Below, in pieces: positions 29,831-39,354 of a stretch of DNA of 64,000 nucleotides. Each line of letters begins with the position of its first letter. Positions within the stretch are counted from its first letter, which is position 1. Origin of the DNA: an uncultured Chloroflexia bacterium (lineage in GTDB: Bacteria > Chloroflexota > Limnocylindria > Limnocylindrales > CSP1-4). The notes below the pieces were generated by a model. The model was not told where the DNA came from. It was given only the letters and a program-made list of their open reading frames with translations, and made no database searches. The DNA is taken from NCBI GenBank assembly GCA_963752475.1, contig CAVVYR010000006.1:288001-352000 (forward strand), read 5' to 3'. The position numbers and the translations under genes were made by a program.

Positions 29831-31931
29831 CTAGCGGGCCTCCGCAGCCTCGAGGGTCGTGCCCGAGTGTTCGGCATCGGGGGAGATGATGCCGCAGACG
29901 TCCCCGGCGAGGACGCCACGCGCGATCTCGGCGACGTTCTCGACGGTGAAGCCGAAGGCCTCGAAGATCTGCGGTGCGGGGGCGCTCATGCCGTAGCGAT
30001 CGATGGCGACGATGGCACCGTGGCGCTGGTTCACGTAGCGGTCCCAGCCCAGCGACACACCCGACTCGATCGACACGCGGGCGGTGACGTCGGGTGGCAG
30101 GACCTCGTCACGATAGGCCGCCGGCTGCGCCTCGAAGCGTTCCCAGCTGGGCATGGACACGACGCGGACCTTGAGGCCCTCTGCCGTCAGTGCCTCGCGG
30201 GCGCCCATGGCCAGGTGCAGCTCGGAGCCGGTGGCAAGGAGGATGAGCTCGGGCGCGGTGACGGCACCGTTGGTCGTGGTGGCCTCGGCCAGCACGTAGC
30301 CACCCGCCCGCACGCCCTCACGGGCCAGCTCGGCCGTGCCCGGCAGGACCGGCAGCTTCTGGCGCGTGAAGACCATGGCCACAGGACCATGCGTGCTCTC
30401 GAGCGCCAAGGCCCAGCCGGCGGAGGCCTCGTTGGGATCGCCGGCACGCACGAAGGTCAGGTTGGGGATGGCGCGCAGCGCCGCGTAGTGCTCGATCGCC
30501 TGGTGCGTAGGGCCGTCCTCGCCGACGCCGATGGAGTCGTGCGTCCAGACGTAGATGATCGGCAGTCCGGACAGCGCCGCCACGCGCACCGATCCGCGCA
30601 TGTAGTCGCTGAAGGGCAGGAACGTGGCCACGAACGGCGTCAAGTCCACCGTGATAGGCGATGCCGTTGGCGATGCCCCCCATGGCGTGCTCGCGGACGC
30701 CGTAGCGGATGTTGCGGCCACTCTCGTCCGCGGTGAAGACGCCGCCATCGGGGATATCGGTGAGGTTGGAGCCCGAGAGGTCAGCGGAGCCACCGATGAG
30801 CTCGGGCACGCCGCCGGCAAGGCCGGCGATGGCGTTCTTCGAGGCGTTGCGGGTGGCGATGCCGTCATCGTCGGTGGAGTACGCCGGCAGCTCGGCGTCC
30901 CAGCCCTCGGCCAGGGTGCCGTCGATGCGGCGGCGCAGCTCGGCGCCGGCCTCGGGGTAGGCCTCGGCGTAGGCGGAGAGGCGATCCTCCCACTCGGCCA
31001 CCAGCTCCTCGCCGTTCTCGGCAGCCTCGCGGAAGTGCGCCAGGACGTCGGCGTCGACGGCGAAGCTGGCCTCTGGATCGAAGCCGAGTGCGGTCTTGGT
31101 GGCAGCCACCTCGTCGGCACCGAGCGGGGCGCCATGGACCTTGTGCGTGCCCGCCTTGTTGGGCGAGCCGGCGCCGATCACCGTCCTGACGCTGATGATC
31201 GAGGGGCGGTCGTCAGCGCGGGCGGCCTCGATGGCGGCCTCGATGGCGGCGACGTCCTCGCCGTCGGTCACACGCTGGACGTGCCAGCCGTAGGCCTCGA
31301 ATCGCGCCAGCACATCCTCGGACCAGGCCATGGAGGTGGGGCCGTCGAGCTGGATGTCATTGTCGTCGTAGAGCGCGATGAGCTTGCCCAGCTTGAGGTG
31401 CCCGGCGAGGCTGGCGGCCTCCGCGGCGATGCCCTCCTGGAGATCGCCGTCGGAGCAGACCGTGTACGTCCAGTGGTCGATGATCTCGTGGTCGGGCTGG
31501 TTGAACTCGGCAGCCAGACGGCGCTCTGCGATGGCCATGCCCACGGCGTTGGCGAAACCCTGGCCCAGGGGACCGGTGGTGGCGTCGACGCCGGCGGTCA
31601 GCCCGTACTCGGGGTGCCCGGGGGTCTTGGAGCCGAACTGGCGGAAGCGCTTGAGCTCCTCGAGCGGCAGGTCGTAGCCGGTGAGATGAAGCATCGAGTA
31701 GAGCAGCATGCTGGCGTGGCCGGCGCTGAGCACGAAGCGGTCACGATCGAGCCAGTCGGGACGTGTGGGGGCGTGCTTGAGGAACGACGTCCACAGCGCG
31801 TAGGTCATCGGCGCCGCGCCCATGGGCGCACCGGGATGGCCGCTGTTGGCCTGCTGGATGGCGTCGATGGAAAGGACGCGGATGGTGTCGATGGCCTTCT
31901 TCTGATCGAAGGGCGTGGTGGTGCCGTCCAA
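29831..31931 (-). CDS. tkt: Transketolase with +1 frameshift near 30642
   Basis: [28 protein letters not shown] then [26 protein letters not shown] in a second frame. Confidence 0.93.
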
Positions 31932-32303
31932 AGGTATGCTCCTCGAGGCTCAGGGTCGCTCGCTCACTCAGGCTCGAGCATCCCTACGTGGGTCCGTGCA
32001 GATGGCGTCTGTCGGGTTGGGCTGGGGGTTGGAGTGCGTCCCCATGATACTGGCCATATCCCGAGCGCAGACGGAGCCGACCGACCTACCTGCATGCCGA
32101 TCTTGAGGCCCTCGCTGCGGCTACCCAGCTGGAGGGTCACCGGGCGAAGCGCTCGGCCCGACCGACCCTCCGGGAGGGTGAGAGAGCGACCCGTTGCTCG
32201 TCCCACCCACGGCACGGGTGGTTCAGCGAACGAACGGCGGTCGGACTGGCGGTTCCGGGGCCTGCGTGGCCCGGTGACCCCCGGGGTGGGTACCCCGCCT
32301 GTC

Positions 32304-32544
32304 GATGTGGACATCCGTCGCTCCAGTCGACGCAAGTCCTACTCGTAGTCAGCGGATCCCGTCGGAGTCGAACCAGGGGCAGCTGCGCTGAGCGTGGCGG
32401 GGCATACCGGCGACCGCCGAGCATCGCGGATGGCGCCCTGCTCGACCGATTCGTGGGGCTAGCGTCGGCCCGGGCGACGGGTGGCCATCGAAACCCGCCG
32501 AGCGCCGCCATAGCGTCGATGGGGGCGACGAGTGGCTACAAGCA
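32304..32544 (+). repeat. 241-bp modular intergenic element, copy 3
   Basis: TGTGGACATCCGTCGC...CCTACTCGTAGTCA...GGGCATA...CGTCGATGGGGGCGACG at the same offsets as copy 1. Confidence 0.85.
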
Positions 32545-32627
32545 CGGGCTAGCGTCGGTGGGGGCGACGAGTGGCTACAAGCACGGGCTAGCGTCGATGG
32601 GGGCGACGAGTGGCTACAAGCACGGGC
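32511..32627 (+). repeat. 39-bp tandem repeat x3 (amplified terminal module of the 241-bp element)
   Basis: TAGCGTCG[A/G]TGGGGGCGACGAGTGGCTACAAGCACGGGC x3, no spacers. Confidence 0.95.
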
Positions 32628-32735
32628 TAGCCTCGCCAGCTGCGACGAAGCAGCTCCCGGCGCGGGCGAGCAGCTCCCGGCGCGGCGGCGGCAGGAGTCG
32701 ACCAGCTGCGTGAGTCCGCCGCATGACCCCTGCAG

Positions 32736-33224
32736 CTACGGCCCGGGCAGCGGGCCTCGGTCACCCGGAGGGGTTCGGCTCCAGTCGCCCGGCGCAGGAT
32801 GACCCTGGACGGTCTCGCGGAATGACTCCAGGAACTCGCGTACCTGACGTCGGTACCACGGCCACGACAGCCGGAGCGCCAGACCGTGGATCCCAGCGGG
32901 ATGGAGCGTGGCATGGAAGCGCATCTCCGTGCCACCACCACGCTCCTCGAAGATGGCGTCCCAGCCACCCGAGAGGGGGTCGGACCAGATGGCCGCGATG
33001 CGCTCGGGCCGATCGAAGACGGTCACCTCGACGGTATAGCCCACGTCCATCCCGGGCCAGCGGTCGACGGCCCGAAAGCGCGTGCCCTTGCCGATCGGGC
33101 CTTCGGTCAGCTTCGTTCGCTCGACCACGGCTGGGCTATGGCGAGTCGCACGGTCGATGCGGGCCCAGGCATCGAACACATCATCCGGCGGGCGCTCGAC
33201 CCGGACCGTCTCGTTCAGCTCCAT
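32736..33224 (-). CDS. SRPBCC/polyketide cyclase-like protein
   Basis: VERPPDDVFDAW, GPIGKGTRF, EVTVFDRPERIA, GGTEMRF. Confidence 0.8.
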   Translation of the reverse strand: MELNETVRVERPPDDVFDAWARIDRATRHSPAVVERTKLTEGPIGKGTRFRAVDRWPGMDVGYTVEVTVFDRPERIAAIWSDPLSGGWDAIFEERGGGTEMRFHATLHPAGIHGLALRLSWPWYRRQVREFLESFRETVQGHPAPGDWSRTPPGDRGPLPGP

Positions 33225-33288
33225 ATGCGATCCCCATGATCCATGGGTTCGAATCCTGCCACGACCCGAGCGCGTATCCTGCATCCCC

Positions 33289-34233
33289 GTGAGTCCTGTG
33301 AAGACACCCCGCCTCGTCGCGCTCGGCGACCTGCTCCTCGATGTCGTCATCACGCCCGAGCGACCCATCGAGCGAGGCACCGACGTGCCCGGCAGGCTGG
33401 CCTTCCGTCGAGGCGGCTCGGCCGCCAACACGGCTGCAGGCTTCGCACGTCTCGGCGGCGAGGCTGCCCTCATCACCAGCCTCGGTGATGACGTCTGGGC
33501 CAGCCGCCTGCTGGCCTCGCTGCGCGCTGACGGGGTGCGGGTCCACGCGGCTCGCCACCAGGGCCCAAGCGGTCGAACCGCGGCATTCATCGACCAACGA
33601 GGCGAGCGCTCCTTCGTGACCGAGCGTGGCACCGCCGACGCCCTCGAGCCGGCCGACCTGCGGGCAAGCTGGTTGCGTGGCGCCGACGTCCTGCACGTGC
33701 CGGCCTATTCGCTCCTCACCGAGCCGCTCGGCAACGCCGCGCTCGCGGCCGCGCGGTCGGCTCGTGGGGCTGATGCGCTCATCAGCGCCGACCTCTCGTC
33801 GGAGGGGCCGCTGCTGGCCTACGGCGTGCGTCGCTCCCGTAGCCGCATCGGTGAACTGGCTCCGGACATCCTGTTCGCGAACCGGGCCGAGGCTGCGGCT
33901 CTCTTGCGCGAGACGGGCCGGCGGTCGTGGGCCCGTCTGCTGGGCCATGCGTCGCTGGTGGTCGTGAAGGACGGAGTCTGGGGCTGCCGCGTGCTGTGGG
34001 CAGAAGAGGGCGATGTGCGTCAGGTCGATGTCGCCGCGACCCGTGTCGGCCGAAAGGTCGATACCACCGGCGCCGGAGATGCCTTCGCCGCCGGCTTCCT
34101 GTACTCGTTGCTCGGCTCGGATGGGCGAGAGGCCATGACACGCGACAAGGCCCTGCGCCGGGCGGCCATGGCTGGGCACCGCCACGCCGGCGCCACCCTG
34201 CGCCGCGATCGCCCCGAGATCGTCCTCCGCTAG
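33289..34233 (+). CDS. PfkB family kinase (candidate pseudouridine kinase)
   Basis: GGSAANTA, FANRAEA, VDTTGAGDAFAAG; adjacent to psuG. Confidence 0.88.
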   Translation: MSPVKTPRLVALGDLLLDVVITPERPIERGTDVPGRLAFRRGGSAANTAAGFARLGGEAALITSLGDDVWASRLLASLRADGVRVHAARHQGPSGRTAAFIDQRGERSFVTERGTADALEPADLRASWLRGADVLHVPAYSLLTEPLGNAALAAARSARGADALISADLSSEGPLLAYGVRRSRSRIGELAPDILFANRAEAAALLRETGRRSWARLLGHASLVVVKDGVWGCRVLWAEEGDVRQVDVAATRVGRKVDTTGAGDAFAAGFLYSLLGSDGREAMTRDKALRRAAMAGHRHAGATLRRDRPEIVLR

Positions 34234-34243
34234 GCTCATCGTC

Positions 34244-35170
34244 GTGAACGCCATCGATCTGCTCACCATCCATCCCGAGGTCCAGGCCGCGCTCGCCGAC
34301 GGCAGCGCCGTGGTGGCCCTCGAGTCGACCATCACGACCCATGGCCTGCCGCGGCCGGACAACCTCGAAGCGGCGCGCATGTCGGAAGCCGCGATCCGCG
34401 AGTCGGGCGCCGTGCCGGCCACGGTCGCGGTCCACGACGGGCACCTGCTCGTGGGGCTCTCCGACGACGAGCTCGTGGAGTTGGCCGATGCCCGGGACAT
34501 CCCCAAGGTCTCGCGGCAGAACCTCGCCGGCGTGCTGGCACAGCCGGGTTGGGGCGGGACGACGGTCTCGGCCACGATGATCGCCGCCCACCTCGCGGGC
34601 ATACGCGTCTTCGCCACCGGCGGCATCGGCGGCGTCCACCGGGGAGGGGAGTCCTCCATGGACATCAGTGCCGACCTCGGAGAGCTGGGGCGCACGCCCG
34701 TGACCGTCGTCTGCGCCGGACCCAAGTCGATCCTCGATGTCGGCCGCACGCTGGAGGCGCTGGAGACGCGCGGCGTGCCGGTGGTGGGCTATGGCAGTGA
34801 CGAGGTCGCTGGCTTCTACAGCCGCACGAGCGGCCATCGAGCGCCCTTGCGCGTGGACACGCCAGAGGAGGCGGCCGTGCTCATCGACAACCAGCGATCG
34901 CTGGGGCTCGAGAGCGGTGTGCTCATCACCCAGCCGCTACCGCCCGAGGTCGCCCTGCCGGCCGACGAGGTGGCTGCCGCCGTCGAGCGGGCCGAGGACG
35001 AGGCGCACGCACGAGGGGTCCACGGCCCGGCCAGCACGCCCTTCGTGCTCGCTCGAGTGGCCGAGCTGACCGAGGGCCGTAGCGTGGTCGCCAACCTCGA
35101 GATCATCCGCCGTGACGCGGCCCTCGCCGGCCGGATCGCGGTGGCCCTGGCCGAACGCACCTCGGTCTGA
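34244..35170 (+). CDS. psuG: Pseudouridine-5'-phosphate glycosidase
   Basis: ALESTITTHGLP, TTVSATM, FATGGIGGVHRG, DISADL, KSILD. Confidence 0.95.
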   Translation: MNAIDLLTIHPEVQAALADGSAVVALESTITTHGLPRPDNLEAARMSEAAIRESGAVPATVAVHDGHLLVGLSDDELVELADARDIPKVSRQNLAGVLAQPGWGGTTVSATMIAAHLAGIRVFATGGIGGVHRGGESSMDISADLGELGRTPVTVVCAGPKSILDVGRTLEALETRGVPVVGYGSDEVAGFYSRTSGHRAPLRVDTPEEAAVLIDNQRSLGLESGVLITQPLPPEVALPADEVAAAVERAEDEAHARGVHGPASTPFVLARVAELTEGRSVVANLEIIRRDAALAGRIAVALAERTSV

Positions 35171-35430
35171 CCCAGGGCTACTCAGCGGTCCTGGCCGCGC
35201 GAGGACGGCAGTGGTGGCGATAGGCGTGAAGTCATCGGTAGATGGCCGGGCCGACCGGGCTCCCTGTCGGACGCTCACACCGGGACCTCCGTACCGGTCG
35301 GAACACGCCGTCCGTTCATTGCCACGGACCCCACCGGCGGTCTACTCTCCGCACATCGAACGTCGGGTGCCGTGCGCCTGCGCTCCTGACGTGACATCAA
35401 CGACCACAGGGAGATCCACGGAGGCTCTCG

Positions 35431-35967
35431 ATGCGAATCTACGAAGGTAGTCCGCGGCAGGACTATGAGGAAGTCCTGCGGTCCATCGGTGCCTTCGTCG
35501 ACCAGCGCGGACTGCACGAGATCCTGCTGGCGGAAGCGCCCGATGGCTTCATCGTCCAGGGCATCGTGGGCCAGACGCATGACTCGTCCAACTGGTCCGA
35601 CCCGACGATGACCATCAGCAAGGAGACCTACACCTTCCTTGACGAGGACATCGCTCGCTTCCTCGAGGACTCCCAGGCTCGGCGGCGCACCGGTCCCCAG
35701 AACGATGGCTCACCGATGGCCGGCCCCTACGAGCGGGTGATGCGCGTCATCGGCCGCTATATCGACGACCAGAAGCCCAAGGACGTGTTCTTCTTCGAGC
35801 AGGAAGGGGCCTACGTCCTGCGCCTGCTGATGAACACTCGTCTGGGCAGCAAGCACCAGCTGGCCGAGTTCACCGCCGCCGACCTCGAGTCGATGGTGCG
35901 CCAGGGTCCTGGGCTGCGCGGTGAGGAGCTTCCCAAGCCTCCCGCTGAAGCGCCGGCAGAGGCGTAG
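35431..35967 (+). CDS. Hypothetical protein with internal domain duplication
   Basis: GGAGG RBS, strong coding bias; YEEVLRSIGAFVD versus YERVMRVIGRYID. Confidence 0.85.
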   Translation: MRIYEGSPRQDYEEVLRSIGAFVDQRGLHEILLAEAPDGFIVQGIVGQTHDSSNWSDPTMTISKETYTFLDEDIARFLEDSQARRRTGPQNDGSPMAGPYERVMRVIGRYIDDQKPKDVFFFEQEGAYVLRLLMNTRLGSKHQLAEFTAADLESMVRQGPGLRGEELPKPPAEAPAEA

Positions 35968-36113
35968 CCCTCCCGCCAAACTCGGCGCGGCCACCCAGGG
36001 GCCAACCGACCGGCACTTGCAACATGCGGTCGCCCGTGCCATCGTCAGAGGCACACGCAAGCAATGACGCGGATGGGTGGTCGAGGAGGACGTGCCCCCG
36101 CAGGAGGTCTGAC

Positions 36114-36275
36114 ATGGGCAGCATCATCAAGTTCATCGGGGCAGCGCTGGGTGTGCTCATCGCGGCCGCCGTCATCGTCCCGCTGGTCATCCTGGCCGGC
36201 CTGTTCATCTGGCTCAAGCTGACCGAGGAAGCGGACGAAGAGGCGCTCGAGCTCGAGCAGGAGGCGGGGGTCTAG
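36114..36275 (+). CDS. Small membrane protein with acidic tail
   Basis: AGGAGG RBS; hydrophobic stretch then EEADEEALELEQE. Confidence 0.75.
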   Translation: MGSIIKFIGAALGVLIAAAVIVPLVILAGLFIWLKLTEEADEEALELEQEAGV

Positions 36276-36341
36276 CCCCACCGACTCCACCAGCAGCAGC
36301 CGGGCCAGCACGGCCCGGCTTCGTCATGTCTGGAGATCTCG

Positions 36342-37172
36342 ATGCCCGACGCCACCGCCCAGCCGACCTTCGATCCCGACGGCGCGCCCGTCAGCGTGCT
36401 GCTCGACTTCGACGGCACCATCAGCCTCGAGGACACGGGTGATGCGTTGCTCGCGCGTCTCTTCGATGACCAAGAGCTGACGCGCCACATGGACGAGCTC
36501 TACATGAGCGGCGAGAAGGGCTCGCGCGAGCTCATCGCCTGGGATATGGAGATGCTGCCACGCGACGCGGACGTGCTCTGGGCTGAGGTCGACTCGCTGC
36601 CCGTCGATGAGACGCTCGCCGATCTGCTGGCGACGGTGCGCGAGGCGGGTGCCGCAGCCGAGGTCGTCTCCGATGGTGTCGGCTTCCACATCGAGCACAT
36701 GCTCGCCCGTATCGGTGTGACCGACCTGCCCGTGGCCACCAACCGCACCGTCGTGGGGGAGGGAGGCGCCGGCGTGAGCTTCCCCTTCGGGCACGCGTCC
36801 TGCTTCGTCTGTGGTACCTGCAAGCGCGAGCGCATCCGGCTGCACCGTGATGCCGGCCGGGCCGTCGTCTTCGTCGGCGACGGGCCCTCGGATCGCTACG
36901 CGGCCCACCACGCCGACGTCATCTTTGCCAAGGGCTCGCTGGCGGTCTGGTGCGAGGTCGAGAACATCCCCTATGAGCCGTGGGAACGATTGGCCGACGT
37001 GGCCGAGTGGCTGGAGATGGCGCTGCTCGACGGCCGACTACCGGCGGCGTCGGAAGGGTACGAGAGCTGGGCCGCCGAGGCCCGCCCGGAGGTCGAGACG
37101 TTCATCTGTGGCCCGGAGGTCTGGGAGTCAGGCCGCACCGTGGCCGGCCGGGCACCGGGCAGCAGGGACTGA
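36342..37172 (+). CDS. HAD-IB phosphatase (MtnX-like)
   Basis: DFDGTI, VVSDG, CGTCK, VGDGPSD, IFAK. Confidence 0.88.
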   Translation: MPDATAQPTFDPDGAPVSVLLDFDGTISLEDTGDALLARLFDDQELTRHMDELYMSGEKGSRELIAWDMEMLPRDADVLWAEVDSLPVDETLADLLATVREAGAAAEVVSDGVGFHIEHMLARIGVTDLPVATNRTVVGEGGAGVSFPFGHASCFVCGTCKRERIRLHRDAGRAVVFVGDGPSDRYAAHHADVIFAKGSLAVWCEVENIPYEPWERLADVAEWLEMALLDGRLPAASEGYESWAAEARPEVETFICGPEVWESGRTVAGRAPGSRD

Positions 37173-37244
37173 CGGCTCGCCGACTCATCGTCGCTGCCGT
37201 ATCCTTCGCCGCACCAGAGCGACCGCAAGCCGAGGTGCAACCAC

Positions 37245-37863
37245 GTGTCTCCCCGACGACGACTCACCGGCATCGCCGCGATGTCCGCGATCACCCTCGC
37301 CACAGCCGGTATCGCTGGCGCACCAGCCACGGCGCAGGAGGACGACGCTGCTGCCGAGTTGCGCGCGATCCTCGAGGCCTTCGGCGGCGGTGACGTGCCG
37401 GATGAGGTGCTGACGCAGATCCTGAACCAGTACGAGGCCATGGGCATCGACCCGATGATGATCTTCGGGGGTATGGACCCCGACATGCTCGAGGCCATGG
37501 CTGAGATGGGTGGCGCGGACATGGACGAGTCGGCCTTCATCAAGATGTTCATGGGCGGCGCGGACGACGAGGCTTTCTTGAAGATGGGTGACGCTGCCTT
37601 CCCCAAGGTGGAGATCCAAGGTAGATGACGCCGAGGCGTTCCCGAAGGTGGAGATCGAGGACGAGGCGTTCCTGAAGTGGGATGCCGAGGACGAGGCGTT
37701 CCTGAAGTGGGATGCCGAGGGCCAGGCGTTCCTGAAATGGGACCCGATCGAGGGTGGTGGGGCCTTGGCCGCCGTGGAGTCCGCGCTGGGTGAGGCGGCC
37801 GCCCAGGGCGACATCGACCCGGTCACCCTGGCGACCATCCTCGAACTGCTGCAGGAGCGATAG
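37245..37863 (+). CDS. Secreted acidic protein with seven AF[LIP]K repeats; +1 frameshift near 37616
   Basis: Signal peptide ending ATA|QEDD; ORFs 37245-37628 and 37588-37863 carry the same motif and join by removing one C. Confidence 0.75.
37657..37746 (+). repeat. 30-bp coding tandem repeat x3 (EDEAFLKWDA)
   Basis: GAGGACGAGGCGTTCCTGAAGTGGGATGCC x2 plus one degenerate copy. Confidence 0.92.
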
Positions 37864-37881
37864 CGGCACATCCGGGTCGAT

Positions 37882-39339
37882 ATGGATCGCGATGCCGTCG
37901 CCGCGCTCGGTGAGCGACTCCGGCTCATCGGGTACGACGCGCCGCGCATCCAGCGTCGGCTCGGCCGTATCCCGGCCCGGCTGACGCCCTCGGTCGTCGC
38001 GGTAGCCGAGCGACGGGCCGGGGACGACGTGCTCGGGCAGGCCGTCCGGCTGTGGAACCTTGGATCGACACTCTCTACCGAGGCCGCGGTCGCCACGTTC
38101 GGCGATGTCGACATCGAGGCGCTTGTCGGATGCGGGCTGGTCACCGCCACGTCTTCGGAGGTGCGAGCGGTGCTCCGGCTCTCCCCGGTCGCCGACCGAC
38201 TCCACGCGCATGACTTCGACCGTGGTGGGGGCCTGTCCCGGGACCACGTCGTTGGGATCGGCCCGGCAGCGCTCACGCTTTCGGGCATCACGCCGCGCGC
38301 CAGGGTCGGGCGAGCCCTGGACCTGGGAACCGGTTGCGGCGTGCAAGCGTTCGGCCTGGCCCGGCATGCATCCTCTGTCGTAGCCACGGATATCAGCCAG
38401 CGTGCCGCGTGGACGGCCCGGCTCGGTGCTTCCCTCAACGGCCTCGGCTCGCTCGACATCCGGGTCGGCGATCTGCTGGAACCGGTGGCGGGCGAGGACT
38501 TCGACCTTATCGTGTGCAATCCGCCGTTCGTCGTCTCGCCGGCCGAAGAGCTGGCATTCCGCGACGCTGGCGAGCGAGGCCACGCGCTATCCCGCGGGCT
38601 CGCGAGATCCCTACCGGCCAGACTCCGACCCGGCGGGGTGGCCTGTGTCCTGGTCAACTGGATCGTGCCGCCCGATGTCGACCCGGCAGCGGAGGTCAGG
38701 ACGTGGTTCAGCGACCTCGAGGCAGACGTGCTGCTGCTCCACCATGAGACGCTCGATCCCGTGGCGTACGCGCAGCGTTGGGCAGGCCTTCCCGTCGATG
38801 CCGATCTGGGCACGGCGCGCGGATTCCTCGACCGCTGGCTGACGGAGCTTCAGCGGCTCGGGGCCGCCAAGGTTGCTGCCGGTGCCCTTGTCATCAGACG
38901 GACCGACGCCCGTCCGCGCTGGCGCCTCGTCCGCATGCAGAATCGGCCCTCTGCCGGCGGCCCCCAGGTACAACGGATCTTCGATGCGCTCGGCCGCTTC
39001 TCGGGCCCGGCGGACCCGGCCCTGGAGTCGGCGGTCTTCAGTCTGGTCGCCGGTCACCGGGTCGAGCAGCGACTGCACTACGGCTCGGCCGGCCATGTCG
39101 CGGGACCGGCCACGCTCCGCCTCGATCGTTCTGCGGGCGTGCTCGCGACGGTCCCGGCCGAGCTGCTCGAAGCGGTCTTCCTGATCGACGGTCAGCGCGA
39201 TCTCTTGGCGATCGCAGAGGATCTAGGCGACTCGCGCGAGGTCTCTGCCGCCGCGGTCATGCACGATCTGGCTCCGCACGTGCTGGAGCTGTTCGAGCTC
39301 GGCTACCTGGAGCTCCGGGATGCCCACGGTCCCACCTAG
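37882..39339 (+). CDS. Class I SAM-dependent methyltransferase, HemK/MTS-like with N- and C-terminal accessory domains
   Basis: ALDLGTGCGVQ, ATDIS, FDLIVCNPPF; C-terminal IDGQRDL...L..L...GYL segment. Confidence 0.9.
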   Translation: MDRDAVAALGERLRLIGYDAPRIQRRLGRIPARLTPSVVAVAERRAGDDVLGQAVRLWNLGSTLSTEAAVATFGDVDIEALVGCGLVTATSSEVRAVLRLSPVADRLHAHDFDRGGGLSRDHVVGIGPAALTLSGITPRARVGRALDLGTGCGVQAFGLARHASSVVATDISQRAAWTARLGASLNGLGSLDIRVGDLLEPVAGEDFDLIVCNPPFVVSPAEELAFRDAGERGHALSRGLARSLPARLRPGGVACVLVNWIVPPDVDPAAEVRTWFSDLEADVLLLHHETLDPVAYAQRWAGLPVDADLGTARGFLDRWLTELQRLGAAKVAAGALVIRRTDARPRWRLVRMQNRPSAGGPQVQRIFDALGRFSGPADPALESAVFSLVAGHRVEQRLHYGSAGHVAGPATLRLDRSAGVLATVPAELLEAVFLIDGQRDLLAIAEDLGDSREVSAAAVMHDLAPHVLELFELGYLELRDAHGPT

Positions 39340-39354
39340 ACCTAGACTGCTTTG

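Noticed and set aside
29831-31931. Programmed frameshift or true pseudogene in tkt
   Set aside because: No slippery sequence is visible and the gene is otherwise intact; same +1 pattern as three other genes, so probably an assembly error.
32511-32627. 39-bp repeats as a CRISPR array
   Set aside because: Units are directly adjacent with no unique spacers, and no cas genes are present.
33245-33260. GGGTTCGAATCC T-loop-like motif suggesting a tRNA
   Set aside because: The T stem pairs poorly, no acceptor, D or anticodon arms can be built, and it lies in a short divergent promoter gap.
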